NCBI GenBank assembly: GCA_963779615.1
Contig: CAVZZA010000003.1
Coordinates: 736,001 to 800,000 of the forward strand
From: an uncultured Nitrososphaeraceae archaeon
Lineage (GTDB): Archaea > Thermoproteota > Nitrososphaeria > Nitrososphaerales > Nitrososphaeraceae
Direction: 5' to 3'
DNA: 64,000 bases
Position 1 is the stretch's first letter. Each line of letters begins with the position of its first letter. This document shows, one piece after another, positions 11,226 through 20,338 of this stretch. The position numbers and the translations under genes are program-made. The notes beneath the pieces are model-generated. The model was not told the origin of the DNA and searched no databases. It worked only from the letters and a program-made list of their open reading frames with translations.

Positions 11226-11351
11226 ATTAATTATTCATAATTCTATTTAACCGATGCACATTAAATACCCAACATTTTTATAAACAGATTTTAATGCTCG
11301 ACATTCACCAAAGAATTATTTGGTTCTTTCTTTCTTCCCAATGTAGGTTTT

Positions 11352-11975
11352 TTAGATTATCTCCTCTTTATGAAAATTGGGTTGGTGTATGGTTAACTTT
11401 TCTGATGTTAATTCTACATCCACTTCTTTTGTTTCAGTAACTTCATATTTTTTTACAATAAACTCCCCCAGCTTTACCATCCTCTTATTAATGATTATTT
11501 CCTCACCCCATATTGTTATGACATTTTCAGTTTTTAAATTCCTTTTATCGTTAGTCAGGGGCATTGTTTTTCCGCCCCCGATGTTTTGTCTATCGTTTAA
11601 TAAACTGTATTCTGGGTCATAATGTTTCATTTTTAAAGTATCTTTTGGGGCATCTTCTTTATTGTCAGAGTGAATTAAAACATGTTTAATTTTGTCTTTT
11701 ATTTTTGTAAATATTTTGACAGCATCCCTCTCAATATGAGAATCAATCTTTTTTCCGTCCATGTAAATTTCTTCGTATTTTACAGGTATCTCGATTTTCT
11801 TTGTAGCTGTCGTCCACCTCTTCTCAATACTTACTTGCCCCTCTTTTGTTTGCTTTGTAAGTGTAAATTTTTCGCCTATTAATGGAATTCTTTGTACTAT
11901 TTTACTACCATACAAAAAAGGATTGCTATTGTCAGCACTTTCCGAGGATTTGTCAGAATCTAAGTTATTTGTCAT
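11352..11975 (-). CDS. YsnF/AvaK (DUF2382)-like protein (type A1)
   Basis: IPLIGEKFTLTK..KKIEIPVKYEEIY..IWGEEIIINKRMVKLGE..DVELTSEKL. Confidence 0.8.
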   Translation of the reverse strand: MTNNLDSDKSSESADNSNPFLYGSKIVQRIPLIGEKFTLTKQTKEGQVSIEKRWTTATKKIEIPVKYEEIYMDGKKIDSHIERDAVKIFTKIKDKIKHVLIHSDNKEDAPKDTLKMKHYDPEYSLLNDRQNIGGGKTMPLTNDKRNLKTENVITIWGEEIIINKRMVKLGEFIVKKYEVTETKEVDVELTSEKLTIHQPNFHKEEII

Positions 11976-12844
11976 ATACGTATTGATTGATGATCATTAT
12001 TTATAATCATTATATTAGATATGCAATAAAAATAACTGCTTGTAGCAAAATTAAAAAACATTTATAATTATTTAGTTTGTGAACTATACTTCTTGAATTT
12101 GTTTTCCATTTTTCAGTTAAATTTTTCTGATGACAAAAATTGAATGTTTAATCGATTTGGACTTTATCACCAAGGGGTATTCAGCTCCTTCCCGTACTTC
12201 TTCTTTAACTGAAGAACCTACACTTATTTTTCCGGATGGGTCTTCCTTTATTTTAATCAATTACAATAATTGCACTAAAGTATTAATTAATGTTTAAGAA
12301 TATTCTAGGTTAATAATTTATTTAATTAATGATCTAAATGAGATTATATACACAGACAACAAATCTTTTTTCAGCGCCATTCTAGATAACTGTTAATAAA
12401 GATTATCCAAAATGACCTTTAAATAATATCAGTTAGTCAAAATTTACCTTAACTGGCATTCTGATACGCCAAGGAGAACAATAGGATAAGGGTATTGCTA
12501 AAAATCAATTGTAATTTTTACTATACCGATAAAAAACAATACTAAAAGCATTGGTTTAGTTTTGTAATAATAATTTATTGAGTGCTTATCTGAATTAAAT
12601 TAAAAGGTAAAACGTATGTGTTTCTAGGTTTTTTAAAACATATTGATAAAAACTAACGATAATAACAAACCAAGTAACAAGGCGGTAAAAACAATGAAAG
12701 GAATTTATTTTGTTGTAACAGTTTTGTTGGAAGAAAAATAAACATCTTCTTCTTTTTATGATATTTTATCAATAAATAAATAGCAACTGTATTATAAGTT
12801 CCTACTCTACATAAGAGGTATTGATTTTCTTGGATGTTACTCCC

Positions 12845-13477
12845 TCAGATACTTACCTTGTTTCGGTTACGGGATTCTTTTTTACTGTCACTCCCTCTTT
12901 AACATAGGGTGTTTTTGATACGTTCACTTCCTCTTTCTTTAATGGTACCCTCATATCCTCTTTTGATTTCAAAGGCTTTCCATCTTCTGTTTGTCCACTT
13001 GGAGGCCTTCTATCAATAGTTACCGCTTCATGAGTTACAGGAACCTCAACTGTTTTTGTTTCAGTAATTGGCTCTAGTTATTCTAGCTGGCTTTCCTGAG
13101 TGTTCTTGGATAGGACCTATCTTTTCTTCTGTCAAGGGTATTGTTTCCTCTCCTTTTTTTGCTTGTTGTTGTTGAGTTCCTTCATTTTTCAAGTCAGTGG
13201 TAGTAGAAGAGGAATATTGCCCTTGTGGAGGAGTTGGCGGTGAATCTCAGGTGTACACTTATTCGCCATTTACTCTCTGGATAGGTTAAATCTGAGAACA
13301 GAACCATAATAACTTGCTGGTTTTATCGTGTGGAATGTAGAATTTTTCTTTATTTATTATGCATCCTTGGACCAAAGCATAACCATCTTCTACATCTTGC
13401 ACATCCCCTAAATCTTCATCATTACTACCTCTAGGTTCTTTTTTTATAGTGTAATTCCAGATGATATCAAAACTCAC
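12845..13477 (-). pseudogene. Degraded PRC-barrel + YsnF/DUF2382 paralog
   Basis: Fragments IKKEPRGSNDEDLGDVQDV..KEKFYIP, EPITETKTVEVPVTHEAVTIDRRP, VPLKKEEVNVSKTPYVKEGVTVKK broken by stops and frameshifts; ends approximate. Confidence 0.8.
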
Positions 13478-13799
13478 ACATAATAAAGAAAAAACGGGTT
13501 AAATAGGCAGTTGATAGTGTCTATTAAAATAGCAATATATCTCCATTGAAGCCATAGCTTTGAAAATATATTCAGCATCATTTCAACGGATAACAATACC
13601 AAAGATGTTTTTTATCGAAGTTGATGACTTCAATAATTCTCAATCAATCTCATGAACAAAACCATGTTTTATAACATATAAAAATCCAAAGTTAAGAACA
13701 ACAATAAAATAAGAATGAAACTTTCATAATATCAACAATACATCATTAGCAAAAAAGAAGTATGTACATCATTATAAGTATTTTTAATATTAGTACTAT

Positions 13800-14474
13800 A
13801 TGAATAGCAACATAGTAGATAAAGACGACGATAACACAATACAAAACACCATTAGCGATATATCACCTGACAAAAAAAATTCTTTTTCTTATGATGAAAA
13901 GGTAGCCAAAATAATTCCGTTGTTTGCGGACAACTTTACGGTTACAAAAAAAACTGAAGAATCAAATGTAACCCTATCAAAAAAATTTATAACAGCTACA
14001 AAGAAAATCGAGATACCTGTAAAATACGAAGAAATTTACATAAATGACAAAGAGTTTGACTCTTTTCATGAAAATGAAATAACAGGAATCCTTTCAAAAA
14101 TAAAAGACAGGATAACTGATGCTTTTACGCATGAGAAAGACAAAAATAGAGAAATTGATGGAGGGACCCACCCTCACTCACATGATATAGAAATCATACA
14201 CCATAAAAAGGACTCCCCTTTGGAATACCGAAATAACCCCAATGAAAAATTGGTACCACTTTTGGGGAATAAAAATAATTACAATTCCAATATAGAAGAA
14301 AACATCATACCAATATGGGGTGAGGAAATAATCATTAATAAGAGGATGGTAAAGCTGGGAGAAATTGTTATTAAAAAATATGAAATAAACGAAAAACAGA
14401 AGATAGACGTGGAAGTCAAAACAGAACAGCTAACTATCAAATACCCCGATCATAACAAGGAAAAAATAATATAG
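13800..14474 (+). CDS. YsnF/AvaK (DUF2382)-like protein (type A2)
   Basis: Paralog of 11352..11975 (KKIEIPVKYEEIY, IWGEEIIINKRMVKLGE). Confidence 0.8.
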   Translation: MNSNIVDKDDDNTIQNTISDISPDKKNSFSYDEKVAKIIPLFADNFTVTKKTEESNVTLSKKFITATKKIEIPVKYEEIYINDKEFDSFHENEITGILSKIKDRITDAFTHEKDKNREIDGGTHPHSHDIEIIHHKKDSPLEYRNNPNEKLVPLLGNKNNYNSNIEENIIPIWGEEIIINKRMVKLGEIVIKKYEINEKQKIDVEVKTEQLTIKYPDHNKEKII

Positions 14475-14533
14475 AGGTATGAAAAGAACAGGAGTTATAT
14501 GGTGAATATATACCTTGTTATTTAACAATATTC

Positions 14534-15295
14534 ATGTCATCAAGTAGCAACATAGACAATATTGATTGGAATAATGTAGTAAAGAAAGAAGCAATAGGAA
14601 CTGACGGTTTGGACCTGGGTACAGTCCATGCAGTTGGGGATACATACATTGTAACACAAAAAGGCCTGTTGAACAAAAAAAGATACCACATACCAATTTC
14701 TTCTGCAGAAAGTTTTGATGGAGAGATAGTTAAACTAAGAGTTAGTGAAAGCGAGTTACAAGGGTATGAAGAAAGCGAGGGTCAAAAATTTGAAGGGTAC
14801 TCCTCATTCAAATCCTCTGATATGTCAAAAGAGATAGAAACAAAGATTCCCGTAATGGGCGAAAATCTCGAAGTCAAGAAAAACATTACTGAAGATAAAA
14901 TAGACATTATAAAGGAACCCACAAAGGAAACAAGGACAGTAGAAATTGAGCTCAAACGTGAGATGGTAACAATTGAGAGAAGGCCCGTTAATTCAGAATC
15001 ATCTTCTTCATACAGTCCGTCGACGCAGTCTGCTTCTGAACAATACTCATCACCAATAGAGGGACCCGTAGAGTCCAGAACAGAAATATCCATTCCTTTA
15101 AAAAGAGAAGAACCGGTCATAACAAAAACACCGTATGTTAAGGAGGAAGTCATAGTAAAAAAGAAACCAATTACGGAAACAAAAACCATCACTGAAGAAA
15201 TAACAACTGAAAATATAAAATATGATAATGAAGTAAATAAAAGCATAGGAGAAAGAGACAAAAGTACCAATCAGCAGGAGAATGAGATTTTATAA
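14534..15295 (+). CDS. PRC-barrel-like + YsnF/AvaK (DUF2382) domain protein (type B2)
   Basis: Paralog of 10352..11032 (IDWNNVVKKEAIG, SSFKSSDMSKE.ETKIPVMGENLEV, TPYVKEEVIVKK). Confidence 0.85.
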   Translation: MSSSSNIDNIDWNNVVKKEAIGTDGLDLGTVHAVGDTYIVTQKGLLNKKRYHIPISSAESFDGEIVKLRVSESELQGYEESEGQKFEGYSSFKSSDMSKEIETKIPVMGENLEVKKNITEDKIDIIKEPTKETRTVEIELKREMVTIERRPVNSESSSSYSPSTQSASEQYSSPIEGPVESRTEISIPLKREEPVITKTPYVKEEVIVKKKPITETKTITEEITTENIKYDNEVNKSIGERDKSTNQQENEIL

Positions 15296-15687
15296 ACAAA
15301 TTTTATGACTTCAATATTGATTCATTTTCGTTGAAACTCAATAAATCTGCCCATTATTTTTTTTTACATCATTAAGCGAGTTTATCAATTTGATGAACAA
15401 ATGCTTTAGTATTTTAGCAAATCATTTGGTAGTATTTCCATGCATATATTTAACAGTAGATTAAGGTTAATTCTTTATTCAAATTAATTACTTTCAACAC
15501 TCACATATTTCATTAGCATTTATGGTTTTGGTGCATCTTGTGAATTTGGGTTAAACTGCAATCCTTTTTACAATACCATCATCATTCTTATTCTTTACCA
15601 AAAAAGAATATGCTTTAATAATATTAAATAATAAGTTATTTTACAGTACTTTCTTTTTTAAAAGAATTTATCTTAATGCATTATTTA

Positions 15688-15903
15688 TTATTGATTAGTT
15701 TCAGATCTTTCGATTTTAAAACCGATCCTTACCTCTGCCTGGTATTCTATTTTTTGTTCGCTATCGAGCCTAAATGTTACTTTGCCCATTTCTCCCCATT
15801 GAATTTTTTTTACAGTCTTTGATGCTTCCTTGAATGCATTGTTAACAGCATCAGTGATATCAGTGCTTGAAGTTCCTACAATATCTATATATTTATAAAC
15901 CAT
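15688..15903 (-). CDS. Dodecin family flavin-binding protein
   Basis: VYKYIDIVGTS..I.DAV.NA...ASKT..I.W..YQAEVRIGF. Confidence 0.9.
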   Translation of the reverse strand: MVYKYIDIVGTSSTDITDAVNNAFKEASKTVKKIQWGEMGKVTFRLDSEQKIEYQAEVRIGFKIERSETNQ

Positions 15904-16004
15904 AGATATGCATAAGTATTGTTACTTAAAAATTTTTTATTACGAAGCAAATTTGAATTCAAATGCAGCCAAAAATAATATATGATATAAATATTTATTT
16001 TCTC

Positions 16005-16347
16005 ATGGAAACTACTAAAATATCAAATTTTCAAAAAAGAAATGAAAATTCAATTAGGCTGTTAGCATCTATTAAAGCAAAAAAAAGGAATGGGAAGAGA
16101 ACCTCTAGAAATTTTATCAAAATTGGTAGAACCCACGCTTGAAGAAGAGGGCAACATATCAGGTGTTCCTCATGTTTCAATAGAGAATCCTAACGTGATA
16201 TTGTTTGATGAAATATGGATGGATAATACCTCATTGGATGAACACTTTGAAAAACAATATATGACTAATCTGCTTGCAGACATAGGGCATTTGATTGACG
16301 AACCAATCGTTTTGAAGAAATACAAGGAGGCATTTATTAATAAATAA
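16005..16347 (+). pseudogene. Antibiotic biosynthesis monooxygenase/quinol monooxygenase family, frameshifted in an A8 run
   Basis: IRLLASIKAKK (from ATG 16005) joins GMGREPL..PTLEEEGN..ENPNVILFDEIW..SLDEHF only if one A of 16079-16086 is removed; may be a sequencing error. Confidence 0.7.
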
Positions 16348-16678
16348 CTAACCAAACTTTACATGCAATTGAACCTGCAATTACTGATGATTGTGATAAC
16401 AACTACATCCATCAACATCTTATCAGGCATTATTTTATCGATATTTTTTGAATATATTGAGTCTCAAATCAATATCATTCCATCGAAGGGTATTACTAGC
16501 CGCAAAGAACCTCAATGAAGAAAAATATTTAACAATTTAAAAAAATTCAATCAGTATGACAGCATAAGCAACCTATACAAGAATCAATAAAAAACTGGAA
16601 TAAATGACTTCAGAAAAAATAGATTGCGAATAAGAACATGCTTATATCAATCTTCGCTAAACTCATATTAATAATAAA

Positions 16679-17653
16679 ATGGTTGACCTAATTTACGGTA
16701 GAGGCATTGCAGACATATGCAGAGAGATGCCATTTTACATTAGTCTAATTAAAAAATACATCGGCATAAAAATATTCAATTCTAAACATTACATTTATGG
16801 TTCAGTAGACATAAACAACATCTGTAATTTACATTGTACTCATTGCTATTGGTGGCTAAATAGAAAAAATGAGGAGGAGGAGCTAACAACAAATCAATGG
16901 AGAAAAATCATTGGAGAAAAATTCAAAAAAGAAAAAATATTTGTCACTACACTAATTGGCGGTGAACCCCTACTTCGCCCCGACATCATAAAAATTTTTT
17001 GTGACGAAATGCCAAAAAGAGTTTGCGTTGTTACAAATGGCACTTTACCAATACCCAGATTTGATAATATTTATTTTTACTGGATATCACTTGATGGAAC
17101 AGAATCCGTACATGACAATATACGAGGCAAAGGCTCATACAAAAAAACAAAAGATAATATTTTAAAGTATACCTCAGGTCCCAATCGCAATGGCAAACCT
17201 GCATGGAAGGATATTTGGATTACGATGACCCTCAATACCCTGAATTTTCACTCCGTAAAAGAACTTGTAGAAGAATGGAAAGACAAAGTGAATAAAATCG
17301 GATTTCAATTTCATACGCCTTTTGTAAAAAACGATCCTCTTTGGATCCCTTACGGCGAAGAGCGTAATAAAATAGTCAATGAATTAATTCAATTACAAAA
17401 AAAATACCCCAAATTTGTAATAAATAACGAAAAGCAGCTAACGCTAATGAAAGGAAACTGGGGGGGCAAAGGTACAACACCCATTGAATGCCCAACGTGG
17501 GCAATACTTTCTTTAGACCACAAAGGAAAAGAAAAGAGACCCTGCTGTATCGGTAGTTCGGACCCTAAGGGATTAAAACCCATATGTGAGGATTGCGGCC
17601 TTGGATGCTACTCGGTACTTGTTGCTCAAGGCATAAAAGAAAAGTATCTGTAA
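16679..17653 (+). CDS. Radical SAM protein with Cys-rich C-terminal (twitch/SPASM-like) region
   Basis: CNLHCTHC, GGEPLL, TNG, SLDG..HDNIRG.GSY; C-terminal CP..CC..CEDCGLGC. Confidence 0.92.
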   Translation: MVDLIYGRGIADICREMPFYISLIKKYIGIKIFNSKHYIYGSVDINNICNLHCTHCYWWLNRKNEEEELTTNQWRKIIGEKFKKEKIFVTTLIGGEPLLRPDIIKIFCDEMPKRVCVVTNGTLPIPRFDNIYFYWISLDGTESVHDNIRGKGSYKKTKDNILKYTSGPNRNGKPAWKDIWITMTLNTLNFHSVKELVEEWKDKVNKIGFQFHTPFVKNDPLWIPYGEERNKIVNELIQLQKKYPKFVINNEKQLTLMKGNWGGKGTTPIECPTWAILSLDHKGKEKRPCCIGSSDPKGLKPICEDCGLGCYSVLVAQGIKEKYL

Positions 17654-18014
17654 AAGTATGCGCATTTGTATAATAAAAATAATAAAGACGGTAAAAGACA
17701 CCCTATTCAGTTGTCATTTATTTTTCATATCAAAAACACAGAGCAAAAAATACTAAAAGCCGGTAAAGCAATAGCAATCTATCTTCTCAAGCATAATACC
17801 ATATTCCTATCCGCATAATTGTGAGTTTATATTTTAAATTACAACTGTCATATGAAAACACCTCACAACGCAGAAACAGATCAAATTTAATATCGATACT
17901 CACACATTAAAATCAAATGAATTTTTGTTTTGAAATGAAAAAAACAAAACAATAATTAATTTATATCTATATTGTATTGTTTAACTAAAACAAAATTAAT
18001 GTTGTAATTTAATT

Positions 18015-18386
18015 CTAAGTAGTAGTAGCGGCAGCAGCAGTATCTTCGATTAACTTTTTTAATATATGTCGATGGCATCGAGGGTCAGATTCATCCTCAT
18101 AACATAAAAGAACAACGTCATTGTTTTTTGAATAATCTTTGATCCATTTTATTTTAGATTTTGCATGTAAAGTAACCATTTCCTTGCAATATAAAGCGAC
18201 AAACTCATCCCAGGTGATTTTTTTTTGTTCAAGTTTATCAAACAACAACCGGGATGGAGACACATCATCAAACCATGCATCTATTTTTGTTTGAAGTGAA
18301 TAAGAGAGAAATGTTGTTACCGCAATTTTATAAAAATCATTTCTATAGTTTTTTAAGTTTGACAATGAATCGGTATAAACAGTCAT
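18015..18386 (-). CDS. DUF488 family protein
   Basis: DVSPSR.L..W.EF...Y..EM, VVLLCYE..CHRHIL. Confidence 0.8.
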   Translation of the reverse strand: MTVYTDSLSNLKNYRNDFYKIAVTTFLSYSLQTKIDAWFDDVSPSRLLFDKLEQKKITWDEFVALYCKEMVTLHAKSKIKWIKDYSKNNDVVLLCYEDESDPRCHRHILKKLIEDTAAAATTT

Positions 18387-18608
18387 GTTTAATACTCAAC
18401 AGCATCATATTTTAAAATTAGTTTAACATCCAGCCATTTTATCTTTTTTAAACAAACCTATGACAATCATTAAACACCACAAAAAGCGTTAAAAACAACA
18501 ACAAAATCAATGGTAATAAAGACACCAGGAATCTGCACTGAATTCCATAAAGTTAAGATGTTTCACTATTTAAATAGAAGACCATCAATTAATTACAGTT
18601 GTTAATAG

Positions 18609-19463
18609 ATGCCAAATGAATACGCTTATCCTGAAGTTTTAGTTGATACACAGTGGACGGAAGAGCACATCAACGACCCAAAGGTCAGAATTGCAGAAGT
18701 AGATTATGATCCAAAGACCAATTACTTTCTAGGGCATGTTCCTGGGGCAGTCTTGTTTGATTGGAAACAGGACATTAATGATCCTGTAAGTAGAAATGTA
18801 CTTTCAAAGCAAGCGTGTGAAAAACTACTTTCTGAAAAAGCAGGATTAAATGACGATTCAACTCTAGTTCTATATGGCGACTTTAATAACTGGTTTGCAG
18901 CTTTTGCGTTTTGGGTTTTCAAATACTACGGATACAAAGACATCAAAATAATGAATGGGGGAAGAAAGAAATGGCTCGAAGAAGACAGACAAATTGAAAA
19001 AGACAGCCCAACGTTTCCAGGCGGAAACTTTAAATCCAAAGACCCTGATGAAAAAATTAGGACCTACTTAAACTCTGTTTCAAATTCAATAAACAAACAT
19101 GAATCTACAGTTTTGGTTGACGTAAGATCCCCACAAGAATTTTCAGGAGAGATAACCGCACCGCCAGAATATCCTACAGAACATGCCCAACGTGGAGGCC
19201 ATATTCCTGGAGCGGTAAACATACCTTGGGCAAAAGCAGTAAACGAGGATGGAACCTTTAAATCGGTTGAAGAATTAAAAAAACTTTATCAAGAAAAAGG
19301 CGTTACATCAGAAAAGGAAATAATATCATATTGCAGAATAGGCGAGCGTTCATCTCACACATGGTTTGTGCTAAAGTATCTGCTGGGTTATCCAAATGTG
19401 AAAAATTATGATGGCTCCTGGACTGAATGGGGAAATATGATTGGAAATCCAATTGAAAAATAA
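18609..19463 (+). CDS. Tandem-domain rhodanese/thiosulfate sulfurtransferase (CysA/SseA-like)
   Basis: GHVPGA, DVRSPQEFSG, GHIPGA, active-site YCRIGERSS, YDGSWTEWG. Confidence 0.95.
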   Translation: MPNEYAYPEVLVDTQWTEEHINDPKVRIAEVDYDPKTNYFLGHVPGAVLFDWKQDINDPVSRNVLSKQACEKLLSEKAGLNDDSTLVLYGDFNNWFAAFAFWVFKYYGYKDIKIMNGGRKKWLEEDRQIEKDSPTFPGGNFKSKDPDEKIRTYLNSVSNSINKHESTVLVDVRSPQEFSGEITAPPEYPTEHAQRGGHIPGAVNIPWAKAVNEDGTFKSVEELKKLYQEKGVTSEKEIISYCRIGERSSHTWFVLKYLLGYPNVKNYDGSWTEWGNMIGNPIEK

Positions 19464-19523
19464 TTAACCCTTTTTTATTGAGTTTTTTGTTTGTTATTAA
19501 TTATCCATATCTTATTTTCAACA

Positions 19524-20264
19524 TTAACGTAATTTTTTAATCAAAATATGAAATAAATAGTTGGGGCCATTAGATTTTTTTATCTCGTTTTTCTCCATAA
19601 TTATTTCGGTCAACTCTTGTTTTTTCTCCTCAATCCAACGGGGCACCTCCAGGTCAGCAGTGGGGTCATCTGAAACAAGGTGTACGATGTGACCAATTTT
19701 CATTTTAGTGTACATAAAATCATCCAGTTTCGCCAAAGTTGCCGAGCATTCGGTTCCCAACTCATACATTTCAAAATCCGGAAAATTCTTGAAGCATTTT
19801 ACATTGAATTTTTTTATCAATGAAGAAATTTCACCTTTGCATTGGTCGATTGACTGTAATGCCTCAAAGTTTTTGGTGTCAAAGGGTTTTATTTTTGCTA
19901 TCCATCCATATTCAAATGGGGAATCATTTACTAATTTTGGATTGGACAGCAAATCCTTGTTGATTTTCACAATTTTTCCGGATATTGGAGACCGGATAAC
20001 CCCAAAATAACTCAAGCTTTCTATCGTACCCAAGCTTTTACCTTTGTTAATGATCTCACCTTCTGATTTAAGTCTGATTTTTTGAATTTTTCCGGCTATA
20101 TAAGATAATACGGGCATTAAGCCAACATTCACAACCACAGATTCGCTGCTGAATTCTGTTTTTTTGTCACCAAAATTCATATCGGCCCAAGTGAAATTTT
20201 GGGTATCATATAAATACTCAGATGGGAATTTACAATTATCAATCTTTGTAGTTATCGAAGGCAT
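19524..20264 (-). CDS. GcvH/lipoyl-domain-like protein fused to C-terminal TusA/SirA-like domain
   Basis: GKSLGTIES....RSPISG.IV.IN..L..NP.LVND.P...GWI; C-terminal ELGTECS..G.IV.LVSDDP.A..EVP.W..F.ILIKK. Confidence 0.8.
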   Translation of the reverse strand: MPSITTKIDNCKFPSEYLYDTQNFTWADMNFGDKKTEFSSESVVVNVGLMPVLSYIAGKIQKIRLKSEGEIINKGKSLGTIESLSYFGVIRSPISGKIVKINKDLLSNPKLVNDSPFEYGWIAKIKPFDTKNFEALQSIDQCKGEISSLIKKFNVKCFKNFPDFEMYELGTECSATLAKLDDFMYTKMKIGHIVHLVSDDPTADLEVPRWIEEKKQELTEIIMEKNEIKKSNGPNYLFHILIKKLR

Positions 20265-20338
20265 TTTTACATTACTAACAATAAAAGAATTAATTTAAGG
20301 ATATGGCCCTCTTTACGCATCAGCGTCGCCAAATTACA

